From the NCBI RefSeq assembly GCF_036321535.1, contig NC_087437.1, positions 10,356,001 to 10,420,000 on the forward strand: a stretch of 64,000 nucleotides of DNA, in the 5' to 3' direction. The notes beneath the pieces are model-generated. The model worked only from the letters and a program-made list of their open reading frames with translations. It was not told the origin of the DNA and made no database searches. The first letter of the stretch is position 1; every line of letters begins with the position of its first letter. A program made the position numbers and the translations under genes. Below, in pieces: positions 1-12,376 of this stretch. The stretch comes from Camelus dromedarius (taxonomy: Eukaryota).

Positions 1-60
1 AGGTCCTGGGTTCAATCCCCAGTACCTCCATTAAAGTTTAAAAAATCTTAATAAAATAAA
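1..60 (+). mobile_element. tRNA-derived SINE (camelid Vic-1-like), 3' part
   Basis: AGGTCCTGGGTTCAATCCCCAGTACCTCC (B-box/T-arm) followed by an A-rich tail; the same core occurs in five other copies in the window. Confidence 0.85.
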
Positions 61-115
61 AGAAATGTGGGATTCCGTCTAGGAAGGGTGAGGTGAGATG
101 TAATAGAGTGGTAGA

Positions 116-230
116 GCAGTGCTTCTCAACTTTAATGTGCATGTGTGTCACCTGGAGTTCTTCTTATAATGCAGCTTCTGATTCAACAGGTCTGGGTGGG
201 GGCTGAGAGTCTGCATTTTTAATGAGCTTG
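116..230. mobile_element. MER5-like hAT DNA transposon fragment
   Basis: CAGTGCTTCTCAACTTT...CACCTGGAG...GATTCAACAGGTCTGGGTGGGGGCTGAGAGTCTGCATTTTTAA. Confidence 0.7.
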
Positions 231-2294
231 GTGGAGGGATGGGAGCAAGCAGCCCAGATATTCAGGGACTTCGGTGCCCATAGCGTTTGATGCCAAAGAC
301 AAGCTTTTCAACTTAGTTTTTGCTTGGAGTCAACGACACCATTGCAGAAACCTGAGTTCCAAAATACTGTCTAGTAGAAAAGGGCCTCAGAAATGCCAGT
401 CTCTGAACTCTGTTGCTCCCAACATTTTTAAATAACTTCAAAAACACAGAAGTTGAATTAGCTTAACACGTCAGAAAGTGTCTTATGTGATCATCAGGTT
501 ATACCAGGGATTCCCCCAAATTTCTCACTTTCCAGGGATCCTTAAGTGACTTCATAATTTTTTCATGGCATCCCTAACCTGGAAGAAAGAATCAACTGCT
601 TTATTTACTCGTGAGGTCCATAAAACTTGGTAAGGTTCTTGTTTTGGTTTTGATTTTTGTTTTTTTTTTTGTTTTGTTTTGCTTGTCCTACCAGCTTAGT
701 AGGCATTTGAAAAACTAATACACATAAACTAAAAGAAAATATGGGGTTTTTTTTCATACTTAAATAACCACAAGCACTTACTAAACAGGATATGTGCCTC
801 CTGGGCCCTGCACAGATTCTCAAGCTTTGGAATCAGATTGGACACCATCATCCTTACCCCTCATCCCCTTTGAGTCTCATGCAGTGGTTGCTGCGAAACA
901 GCAACTGTCAAAATGCAACTTTGTCAAAAATTGACATCATGGAGAGAAACATAGTAAATCATACTGAAGAAACTGTGAACTTTCTTGGGGACAGTAGTTT
1001 ATGCGATTTTCAACAAATACTGCGTATCGAGGTACTTCCCAAAAAAACCTGGAAAGTTTTGGAGCCACCCTCAGGTAACTTGGTCCAGTCTGGGAACTGC
1101 TGGCTTATACTCTTGACAAAGGACTAATTGTGACCAAAGGCAAAGTAAGAATTCTAAAAGAAGAGAGAAATTTTTGCAAGGAATACCTACAAACAGTACA
1201 ACAAAATTTCCTTTAGTTTTTCAAGAGAAATCCCACCTTCTCCATCTTGTTAGAATGAAAGCATACCCTTCTTAAATTAATATTAAGATCCTTGAAACAA
1301 AATGTTATAATCTTTTGAAGGAAAATGATCTTCTTATTTCCTCAGTAACAGCACATCACTTTCTCAACAGAAAAAGAGACTTAGCTTGTAAATGTTATGG
1401 TTCTTTTATTTTCTTCCATTCACCTTCTATTTCCTTGATGTTTGATTTTAAATTAAACATAAGGAACAATTTTGAACATTCAACCTTCACCAAAAAAAAA
1501 AAAAAAAGAGAGAGAGAGAGAGAGAACCTTGATTGATTCGGAGTTTTACTTTATGTACTTACAATTTCCCAGTAGTCCTATTTCTCAATCAGAATTTGAA
1601 TAATCTTTACAACTTGTATTCCCCCCAAACTCAGATTTAATGACTCAGTAGGTTCAGAAAGAGAGATAACAGCTGCAGCTCATCCTGCTGTGCGATTTGG
1701 TAATGACAACGTTATACCACATTAGTGATCGTGACATTAATAAAAAGAAGCCCATAGGATTAACCAAAGACAGCTGACTTTAGTCAAATGTAGGTCAGGC
1801 TTTGTTTGCTCAGAAGCTGGTAATAAATTCCCAGGTAAGCACTCTCAGGTGTCACACATATGTGTCAGGAGCAGAATTTCAGATCCACTAAATGTTTCAC
1901 ATTTTTTACGTTTCCGTAAGCCACTCCTGAATTATTCTTAAGCATTTAATTCCACCGCCAAGCCTACAGGCTCTTTAAAATTATTAACTTATGTGACATC
2001 ACAGCGTATTTTTCCTTTAGGCACCACTTAAGAACACCTCAGAGGATTTCATGTTCCCCTTCCAGATACTGAAGTGCTTACCAGAAGAGGCTCAGGGGTC
2101 ACCCCCTAATTTATAGCATAATTAGGGGGGAAATGATGTTGATGGCTAGCCAGCCATCTGTAATTGCCAGGACCTCACTGTCACAGGAAATATCACAGTA
2201 AGCTTAATGTGTATATTGCATTCTTAACCAAGCCTTGTGGTAGGCTTTCTACAAATAAGACATTCAGAACCACACAGTCCTAAAATACACTATA

Positions 2295-2885
2295 AAATTG
2301 AAATGCTTCAGGAAACAGTTTAGTTGTTTCTTAAAAGGTTAGACACACACCTACCATATGACCCGGCCACGGCTCCCGAGGTGCCGGTCTAAGAAATGGA
2401 ACCATATGGCCACAAAGAGACCTGCCCCAAAATGTTCATAGCAGCTCTATTCACAATGGCCCCAGCCTGGAAACAGCCCCAACCAACAGGAGGGTGGCTG
2501 AACCAAACAGCGGCGTATGCGTATACGAGAGCACTGCTCAGCAACATAAAGGAAGGAACTAGGGCGCTATGGAACCATCACGGACAAACCTCTAAAACAC
2601 GGTTAGAGGAGAGAACATCACATACGAAAAAGTGCACATTGTGTGATTCCATGTATGAAATTCTAGGACAGTCGAAACCAGTCTCTAGTGATAAGCCAGG
2701 ATGGTGGTCGTGGGGTACAGAGGGGTGCAGATTGTCTGGGAAAAGCACAAGAGCACGTTCTGGGCGATGAAAAGTTCTCTATCCCATTAGGGTGAGGTTA
2801 TGTGCATGTATATGTTTGTGAAACTCATCAAACTATGTGTTTAAGATCTGTGTGTAAATTATACCACATAAAATAAAATAAAATG
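2295..2885 (+). mobile_element. Old L1M (ORF2 end plus 3' UTR)
   Basis: Translates to [16 protein letters not shown] (L1 ORF2 C-terminus), then TGTGATTCCATGTATGAAATTCTAG and an A-rich end. Confidence 0.8.
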
Positions 2886-3959
2886 TATGTGGGTGTACTG
2901 TACGTTCTTCAATTTTATACTTAAACTTTATTAAGCCTTTATTAAATACTTCAGGAACTGTAAAACATTATGGGTCTTTTAGATATCAGCAAAAAGAGAC
3001 GTCACCTAAAAGAGTTACTAACCCAAATATTACCCAAGGATCATAAACAGTGTATTAATTTAATGGGTTAAATAGATAGTTTCAATTTATTTACATTTTC
3101 ATTCTTTCCATCTGCAAATGGCATAACTTGAGAGCTGTGTTTATAAATTTTTAAAATCAGAAAAATATCAGTTGGCATACATACAATTAGGTACTTAAAG
3201 CTAGTTTAGATCAATGTGGAAAAGAAGTTGCAAGATTAGCCCAAAGCAGTAAATGACACAAAAATTATGTGAACTTCTAATACCAAGCAGAGTCATTATC
3301 ACTCAGATTCAGGTCCTTGTTATCTTTTTTTTTTTTTCTTTAAGTACAGCAGATTTGCACCTGGCTTTCCTGCTTTTCATGTCATTTTCCTTTGGTCCCT
3401 TTAATCATGAGGCACAGCCTGAGCATTTCCTGCAGGACATCACAGTCACCGTCAAGTTCAGGTTCCTCGCCTGGTATTCAGAGGCTGGTGTTGGTCTGAC
3501 TACAGTCCACCCACCACTGTACCTGATCTCATGGCCACGTTTTCCCCAGCTCCCATCACCCCGCAGATCGCTGCCCTGAGGTGCCTCCCTTTCCTGCCAC
3601 AGGGCCTTTGTTCATGCTGTCTGTGCATCTGACTTTTGTATCATTTGTCCTCACCTCATCATGACCAAATTCGTCCCTGCTTTCCAAGCCCCCTTTCACT
3701 ATCCCCTCCTTGTCATGGAAGTTTCTCATTGTCCTCACCCAGAGTAATCTCTCTTCAGTATAAACACTCATCATTTTGGCTGCCCAGTTTCTTAGCATAT
3801 TCACCAGTGTCTATGAGGAACTATCAGGATATCACAGGAGGTTGGAGGTGGGTAAATTTTGCTGCAGTTTTCAAAATAGGGCATAAGTTAGGTTTTCAAA
3901 ACTGCAGAATGGTGGTGTTAATTCTAGGCAGGAAGAGTCTGGTGGAAAAACAAAACAAA

Positions 3960-4655
3960 GCAAAAGACAAAACAAGGAGAAGTCGTCTAGGTACTGAAGA
4001 GAAATGAAAACATACGTCCACACCAAGACACACACATGAGTATTCAAAACAGCTTTATTGATAAGAGCAAAAATCTGGAAGCAAATGTCTACCAATCAGG
4101 AAGTAAATGAAGAAAATGTGTTCTGTGCCTACAGTGGAATACCACTCGGCCATTAAAAAGGAACAGTCCTGGAAGAGCAGCAAAGCACCTGAGCCTCAAA
4201 ATCATTGTGTTGAGTGAAAGAGGCCAGATACAAAAAAGTACATACTGTATGATTCCATCTGTAAGACATTCTAGAAAATGCAAGTAACCTATGGTGACAG
4301 ATCAGGGGTTGCCTGAGGACTGGGGATGGAAGGGAAGAGTGACAGGACAAGGATGTGAGGAAACTTTGGAAGGTGGTAGAGATGTTCTGTGTCTTACTGC
4401 AGAACACAGAGAACTATAATCAATACCTTGTAATCGCCTATAGTGGAAAATAATATGAAAAGGAATATATATATATATGTGTGTGTGTGTGTATAACTGA
4501 ATCACTATGCTGTACACCAGAAACTAACACAATGTTGTAAATGACTGACCATACGTCAATTTAAAAAAAAAATGAAATGTTCTGTGTCCCAATTATGGTG
4601 ATGGTTTCAAGGGTTTATCCATGAATTGTCAAACACTATACAGAATATGCAATGT
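3960..4655 (+). mobile_element. Old L1M 3' fragment hosting a younger L1 tail
   Basis: CAGCTTTATTGATAAGAGCAAAAATCTGGAAGCAA; TACTGTATGATTCCATCTGTAAGACATTCTAGAAAATGCAA. Confidence 0.75.
4394..4576 (+). mobile_element. Short lineage-specific L1 3' end with TSD
   Basis: TATAACTGAATCACTATGCTGTACACCAGAAACTAACACAATGTTGTAAA plus poly(A); 12-bp TSD ATGTTCTGTGTC at 4382-4393 and 4577-4588. Confidence 0.8.
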
Positions 4656-5589
4656 CTCATTTGAAGATCATTTCAAAATACTCTATAACCCTAAATTTTA
4701 TTCCTAAGTGTATGCCCCAGAGAAAGTCCTGTGTGTGATAGAGCTTATACAAAAAAGACATACTGTAGCTCCACTTCCTGATGGAGGGGACTGACAAAGA
4801 TTTTGCAGCCTTCTGTAATCCACCACAGTCCCCAGAGACACATCTCACCCTGTTTCACCCTTTCCCTCTCCACTTCAGTCTTCTCTCAGCTGAAAAGCCC
4901 TGGTTCCTTTCCCACTACTTACATGGCATCAATCCAAGTCTTACCAAGATATGGAAAACATTGCTTGAACAACAATAATTATGGTTATGCCAGGAATGGA
5001 GACAGGTGTTCATGATGCTGCAGTGACCTAAGACATGGACCCTGTTCTTAAGAAAACTATAGACCATAAATATACTGGCTTTTTCCTCCTCTAATCTAGT
5101 TTTAATTCTTTTTTCCTCCTAAGTACCCTACAAAGAACATGATGCAATATTTTAATGTAAACCCATATGGAATATAGAACAAGATTTTCACCTCCTTTCC
5201 CTTAAAGCTTACATCTTGCTTGATACAACCCAAGGTCCTGTTAACTTCCTTAAAAGTTACATTTCATTGCTAACTGACACTGAACTTATTATTGATTATG
5301 ACTAAGGCTTCTTTTTCTAATCTCCTCTTGGTACGGCATGGCACTTCTATCTTATACTGAGAAAGCTGAATTTTAGACTCAATTCAACTACTTAATAGCT
5401 GTCCTTGTAAAGTTTTGCCTTATTAGATCTAAATGACTGCTCTACCCTGTCAAGATAATTTAGATTGTCATCTCTTGTCTAACACAGCAATGTTCAGTCA
5501 ACACAAATCTGATGGCTGTGCCCTTAGTGAATCACTTAGATGAACAACTTGGATGATTCTTATGTCATCAAACTACCCTGGCTGACATC

Positions 5590-5705
5590 ACATAGAACAA
5601 AAATGAGCTTTTCCCCACTGAATTTTGCCAAACTGCAAGATCATTAGCAAAAAAGTTACTGTGTTGAGCAGGGGTTGTTTGTTACACAGCAAGAGAAAAC
5701 TCAAA
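5590..5705 (+). mobile_element. MaLR (MLT1-like) LTR 3' fragment
   Basis: CCAAACTGCAAGATCATTAGCAAAA...GGGGTTGTTTGTTACACAGCAAGAGAAAACT. Confidence 0.55.
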
Positions 5706-6659
5706 TAGTAAGCATCTTCAAATCGATTCATGAAGCTGTCATAGACATGGCCCCCTGGGCTAGAATTAGAAACAATATGAAGAATTAGAACCAATACTAT
5801 AACCTGGAGAGACTCACAGAAAGACGGACTGGAACTTTCAAGGTAAGACTAGGCAGAGAAATCCAGAAGTACCAGAGTTGTGGGACTTATCTGGCATTGG
5901 GACGAGCTTCGGGGATATAAATCAAGAATCCAGATTAGAATGCTCAGGGGTACCTGACTGGCTTAGATTCACTTTCAGATGGCATCAGTGCCTAAGTTTC
6001 CACCTGCAATAGTAACAGATGTGGGCATCACAGTACTGGGGGTAGGGAGGGATCATTCAGGTTGAATCCATCCATCCAACGCCTGGGATAGACAGATGGG
6101 AAAGGGCTGGAGGGTTGTCAGGGCCCCAGTAAGGGAGAGATTCCGACTCGGGTAACAATCCCAGAGGGAAAACCAGAGAGAAGCAGAGGCACAAGAGATG
6201 AACAGCAGAGTGGGTGCGTGAAGGGTGTAGCTTGGATAGGGGCACACCTTAGACCTGTCAGATGTCAGTCATGGTCTGGATCCCATCCTCTGATGGGAAT
6301 GCAAATCCATCAAGTTGCATTAAGACTAGCTCAGGAACCAGCCAGCTGAGGAACTGGCTCAGGAATTGAATGGAAAAGTAGGTGGAGAGTGGCTCTTCAG
6401 ATCAGACAAAAGAATTCTGAGGGGAGCTAGTGAAAAAGAAACACAGGAAAGAACTTTCTCAGTCAGAAGGGTGTATTCCTGTGATTCCAGAAGCCTGAAT
6501 TCCCACCTGCCAGGAGATCTATAAAGAAGATGCATTCATCTGATAAGAACTACATCAACTAACTTATAAATTCCCAACCAACCTAAGATTTCCTGACTTA
6601 AAAACACACAATATGGGGACAAACTGCTTACACAGAGTACAAAGGTACTCTGCAAGGAA

Positions 6660-7040
6660 GGGGTAGATGGATGGACAGATGGACACATGTATAGGCAGAT
6701 AAATGAGTGGATGGAAATGGATGGATTGATAGATGGACACACAAATAGACAAATGAGTGGATGGAGACTGATGGATGGCTGGATGGACGGACATACATAT
6801 GGATGGACATTGGATGGATGGAGACGGATGGATAGAGGGACAGATGGACACATGTATGGACAGAAAAATGGGTGGATGGAGATGCATAGATGGATGGGTG
6901 GAGGGATGAACAGACAGATGGACACATGTATACACAGACAAACAAGTGGATAGAGATGGATGGTTGGACAGATGGACACACATATGGACAGACAAATGGG
7001 TGGATGGAGATGCATGGATCGATGGATGGATGGGTGGATA
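6660..7040. repeat. GATG-derived minisatellite, about 6 units of 55-70 bp
   Basis: Recurrent GACAGATGGACACATGTAT...AAATG(A/G)GTGGATGGAGATG units; source of several low-complexity ORFs. Confidence 0.9.
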
Positions 7041-9863
7041 ACGCAGTCTGCCATTTTCAATACTCCGCACCACCTGTTCACGAACACATCAACTCTATAA
7101 AATAAACTGAACTCCAGAGAGGGAAAAAAACGTATTTGTGCCTCAAAGAACACTAATCTTTGAGTGCCCAAATATATGCTGCATTTCTGTGCTTATGAAA
7201 ACAATTTCCTAAGAAAATTAAATTTCATATGAAAATCTCATTGTTCCTGGCTGAATCTGAGCAGCATCACCATCACCCCGTCTCATAGGGAACTCGGTAA
7301 ATTCAGTGCAGCTCTGCTCAGACAGTCAGGAGCCCCAAGCCCCAGTGGAAAAAGAGAAACTTGAGCAGCAGAGAAGCAGTGACTAGGGTTTTCTGAAAGT
7401 TCTACTGGCCTCCCTCTCAGCTGACTTCTCATTCACCTTTGGCCAGGCAGGCCTTGCACTCTTTTTTTTTTTAACCTCCTTTCACACACTGTCCAATATA
7501 GGACCTTTCTGCAGGCTTCTGAAGCAGAGGGTACACGGTCCCCTCAGTAATAGGACTCTTTGGGGCAAAGGTTCTATTTAAATAAATTTTCTAACACATT
7601 CAAACACAAAAAGCATCCTGCTCTCTAAGGCAGAAGATGATGCTCTGGGTTGTAGGGAGGAGTCCACAAGTTCCTTTTTTCTTTAAAAAAAACCTAACCC
7701 AGGTTCAGAAAAATGTTTTACATCACAACCTAGTACTTGGAATACATATAAAACACTATTTATCTATGTGTGATGAATTCTAATATTTCCTATTCTATTT
7801 TATATTTAAGCCACTGGTCGGAACCCACTGTTTGATTTTACGACATACTAATGCATGGAGACTGGCACTTTGAAAAGCACTGCTTAAGGAATGATTATCA
7901 ATCAGTGTTTGCAGGGAGTGTGGAGGTGGACCAAGGGCCCCCAAAAATGGTGTGATCGATATGAGAAGTAAAGCCCAGACCCCTCAAACCTATAAATAAT
8001 GTAACCATTTTCTAAGAATGAAATTAATAAGTTAATACATAATGGATGAGATTCACTAAATGTAGCAATTAATTTAAGCCCATGTGGGGCTGCAGGAATT
8101 TAAAAATATTGAAGTCCAGTCATAAGTGTCCAGGATGCACGGAATGACAAAGTCTTACTGGATCATAATTCTCACATGAAAATTGGAGACCTGGCAGTTT
8201 TGTGTGTGTGTTTTTTTAATTGAAATCCTATTAACAGCAGAAACTGACCTATTGGGATCTTGTAGGTGGGGAGTCAAAATGCAAGGAGTTTTTGGTGGGT
8301 TCCCCTCCAGGGGCTATGAGCATGAATAAGCAGCCTGCTTGGGACAATCCGGAAACAGCATCCACCTCGTGGACCAGTGACACGCTTCACTTTCTCCTCA
8401 TCTGGCTCCTTTAAGTGACTTGTGATTCAAACGTATCTTTCCCACATGTGTTTTCCTAAAGCGGTAAGAACACCCACCCCAACCCCAGCGAATTTCTCAT
8501 CTGTTCGCCTGTTACATTTTTCATTGTAAATGAATAGTTTGGGATCTTGGTTAATATTCATCAGTCTTGTGGGTTTGAGTAGATGATCCTTTCCATGTGG
8601 AACAAAATAGCAAGGTTCTGTAAGGCGAAGACTCAGACCCAGGCTGGGGCAGCCGCGCTGGGAAGACCACATCCAGAGACAGCCTGCCTGGGCAGCCCGC
8701 CAGCCTTCCTCTCTCAGCCCATCACTCCACCTGTAACAAGTTATTCAGGGGGTGGTAAATGACAAACCAAATAAAAATGGATTGGTTTTGTGGAGGAAAG
8801 CAATGGCTTGGCATTCCTTTAGCCAGGGGATTGAAGGAGCATCACTGAGACCCTTCCCGTTCGCTTTCTGACACTGGGGCTGTGTGGGGCCAACCCTACA
8901 TGGGCTAAAGTGAGTATCTTTAAGAGAAGACAATGCAGCCTGTGTCATAGGGTCTGATGGCCATGTCGCGCCTTATTTAGTATTTCAGATCAGCTGTAGG
9001 GCCAGGCCTTCTATTGCTCCTCGACCTCATTCATTCGTTCCACACATCCCATGAGTTCAGGGGTCACAAAGATGACAGAGTTCTACCCTCGAGGAGCTCA
9101 AAGACTGGAAGGAAGGGTGAATACTGCTGTCAGGGTAAGGGACACAGTTATACGCAGTATACCGTCATGCATCGCGTAGGATCAACTCAACCTCAGGGAG
9201 GAAAGTGAAAGATTTCACAAGGAGATGTTAGAGGTGGGTTCCAGGGGGAACTGGAGATGGAGAAACAGAGCAGTGAAGACTTGCCTGTAGGGAGCGCACG
9301 CGCAGGAGTGTGTGCTGGCCCGATCACGGTGCTTCCCAGGTGTCAGAACTACAGCGTGGTCTGAGGGTTCCGTCCACTGCTTCTGTGGCCTCTCCTCTTT
9401 ACCTTTCCCTGGCATTTCCTCCACTGAATTTCTTGCGCTTCCAATTCTGTCTTGGTCTGCTTCCTACAGGACACAAACTGACACAACTCCCTTGGATGTC
9501 TGGCACATGCCCCAAGATGGAAGTCTGGTTAGTTCCCCAGTCTGAAGATCTTACATAGATTGAATTTCAATCAAAGACTTGACATCTGTCAAAATATTAA
9601 GTCAAAGTTTTGTACTTCAGGAAGTAGATGTTGCATAAAGGATTATTACTGATAGCGTTTTAGAAGTGACTGTTTATGACCTCCGAAGGATTTAGCATCA
9701 AGTCATATCTGTCTGTTCCCTACTGAATAAGCCCAGTTCAATAGATTGTTATTCCTGTTGTTTGCTCTTTTCCAACAAAGAAATCACAGTGCATAGCTGC
9801 CAAATAATAGACTGCAATAGTGTCACAATGCAAGTAGAGCGAAGAAGGCCACCCAGGCATTCC

Positions 9864-10300
9864 GTATCAGGAGAGCTCTTGGTTACAAGCTGAAGCTAAC
9901 TTAAGCAACAGGGAAGTTATTGACATGATAGTGGGCGAGGCACCGGAGACTGACAGGACCAACAGGAGGTGGGGGCACCAGGTTGCAGATGGATGAGAAG
10001 AACCAGAAAAGCATCAAGGGCCAAGAAGCTGGGAGCAGGACTCAGCAACCATTGCGTGATGAGAAATTCCAGACAGGACTCTGCCAGCATTTTGGCCATT
10101 GCTGCATTGCCACCTGCAGCTACCTCTGACATCCCTGTGTCCAACTGGTTGAGCTCAGGTGAAACAGCTGCCATCTGGCCGCACCAGGGAAAGGGAGAGA
10201 AGAGATCCAGAAAGTTCGCCGTAACGATGGAAAGACAGGCACGACTGCTACCGTGGCTAAGAACCAAGGGAAGAAGAAATTTCTCAAAGTAAATTAAGGA
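9864..10300 (-). mobile_element. Old MaLR LTR (MLT1-like)
   Basis: Begins GTATCAGGAGAGCTCTTGGTTACAAGC...TAACTTAAGCAACAGGGAAGTTATTG, the reverse complement of an MLT1-type 3' end; right boundary uncertain. Confidence 0.45.
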
Positions 10301-10434
10301 GGTGGTATGAACGTGCCGAGGGCTGGAAGGGAAAAAGAAAAAAGACAAATGCCACCACGCACTTCTAGATCTCAACCCAAGCCTTTCCCATCATTCAAAA
10401 AGCATGGAAAGTTTATTCAAAGAAAATGTCAGAG

Positions 10435-10612
10435 CAGTGGTTCTCAATTTTGGTTGATGAAAGAATCATCTGGGGATCTTTTATGAATCCTAATGCTCAG
10501 GTCAAAATTCAAACCAGTTAAGAATTCAGGTCGGGGGGGAGTGGGACTCAGGCATCAGACCTTATAAAGCCCCCCAGGTGGTTCTAATATGTACCCAAGA
10601 CTGGAAACAATC
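10435..10612. mobile_element. MER5A-like hAT element
   Basis: CAGTGGTTCTCAATTTTGG...GAATCATCTGGGG...CCCCCAGGTGGTTCTAATATG...GGAAACAATCG. Confidence 0.75.
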
Positions 10613-10779
10613 GTCCTTCTAGGAGAAATTCCGATACATAAAACAAAGCAGAGGCCAGCGGGGCGGGGAGACTGCGCCACTCCCACCCCACCCCCACTCC
10701 CTGCGGCACCTCTAAGGAATCCTTTGATACCAGCACTTAAGATGAGTAGTAATTATACATTTGTCGACTCCTTTATTTT

Positions 10780-11670
10780 TCCCACACCCCAAATCCAGCC
10801 TGTCAGTTTGGCTCAGCCTTCAGGAGATAATCAGAATCTGATCACCTCTTCTCTCCTCTGCAGCCTCTCTGGTCCAAGCCAGCATCACCTCCCACCTGGA
10901 CTGTCGCAATAGCTTCCGGATGGGTGTCCCCACCTCTCCACCTGCCCCTGCCACCTGCCCGCAACACAGCAGCAGGAGTGATTCCCATGCAAGTCCCAGT
11001 ATGGCTCGCCTCTACCCAATCCCTGAGACAGCTCCCATTTCATTCAGAGTAAAAGCCGAGGCTCCAGACCAGGGGTCAGCAAACTTCTTTAGTGAATATT
11101 TCAGGCTATTTAGGCCTCATGGTCTCTGCCCCAACTCTTCAGCTCCGCGGTGGTAGCAGAAAGCAGCCGCAGGGGAGGCGTTAATACACAAGCCCGCCTG
11201 TGCGCCCTGAGACTTGATGCACGAAAACAGGCAGGAGGCTGGACGTGGCCCACGGACCGTTTCACCAACTCCTGCTGCACAAACCAGACCCCCAGTGCCT
11301 AAGATCCTTCCGCCGCCGCCTCGCTCCCGTCTTTGCAGTCGCAGTGGCCTCCGTGAAGCTCCAGGAAGGTTCCAGGCATCCCTCTGCCTCGGGGAGCGTG
11401 TCCTGTGTTCACTGTGCCCTTGGAGTGCTCCTCTGGCTGGTCCCTCACCTCCTCCTCTTGGTTCACATCTTACCTTCTCAAGAAGGCCCATCACGACTGC
11501 CCTGCTTCACACAGCACCCGCCCGCCACATCCACCACACGGGCGCCCTACATTCGCCCCCGACCCAGCTCTTTCCTTCTCTAATTTTCTGTCCATCGCAC
11601 CTTTCCCTCTTAAACATACTTCACCATTTACTTACTTATTACACTGTTTAATGTCCATCTAGCATCTAAA
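10780..11670 (+). mobile_element. L2 LINE 3' region, interrupted by a MER58-like element
   Basis: Pyrimidine-rich L2 hallmarks: CCAAGCCAGCATCACCTCCCACCTGGACTGTCGCAATAGCTTCC; CTCAGAGTAAAAG-like; TGCCCTTGGAGTGCTCCT. Confidence 0.7.
11069..11273. mobile_element. MER58A-like hAT element
   Basis: CAGGGGTCAGCAAACT...GGCTGGACGTGGCCCACGGACCGTTTCACCAACTCCTG with CAGG/CCTG inverted ends. Confidence 0.75.
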
Positions 11671-11689
11671 CCGCCTAAGACCGAAATAC

Positions 11690-12260
11690 CCGTTAGGGTC
11701 CGATCAGAGCAGTAGAACCACACGGGAGAAAGAGAAAGGGGACTGGTCACAGCGATAAGTCGCTGTGCAGTTGTGGGAACAGGTGGCACTACTGTGCGGG
11801 CTCTTGCCTCTGCATCTGGGGTGGAGCCTGGAGTCTCCCTGAGTCAAGCCCTCCAGCAGTCAGGAGGGAGACCTGGGCGTGCATGGGAGCAGGGACAAGG
11901 TGGAGTTCATGGGGACAACCTCAGACAAGGGTGGCCCAGTGACTCCAGCCCCGGTGCTAAGGGGCATCTCAGCAGATGCCGCCCTTCAGCCCTGGAGCCG
12001 CAGCAGGCTCCATGGAGGCCTCGGAGAAGCAGGAAGTGGACCCCAGCAGGCCCTGAAGGTCACCACAGCACCAGATGGCGGCCAGCAAGCCAGCTCCCGT
12101 GCCACGAGCTGCACCCACACTGACCTTTGGAGGCCATGGCTTGCCGTCCAGATCTACAGGACATGCCGGTGGTCATCTATATCCCAGAAATGGTTAGAGA
12201 AGGAAATTCTGGGAGATGAAGTGGCAGCCTAAATAGTTTGGCACATTATAAAGCCACCAC
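11690..12260 (-). mobile_element. ERVL-type LTR (MLT2-like)
   Basis: Starts GTTAGGGTCCGATCAGAGCAGTAGAACCAC and ends GGAAATTCTGGGAGATG...TTGGCACATTATAAAGCCACCACA; inserted in L2. Confidence 0.55.
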
Positions 12261-12376
12261 AGGCAGGAATCATGTTGTCTGTTCTACCAATGAATCAGAA
12301 TCCCCCAAAACTAAAACCATTGGTTAGCACACTGTAGGTGCTTAAAAATAGTTAATGAATGAATGAATGATGAATG
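12261..12376 (+). mobile_element. L2 3' terminus (continuation after the LTR)
   Basis: GCACACTGTAGGTGCTTAAAAATAGTTAATGAATGAATGAATGA. Confidence 0.7.

Noticed and set aside
6536..7171. Several 70-211-aa ORFs
   Set aside because: Artefacts of the stop-poor GATG/CATC repeat
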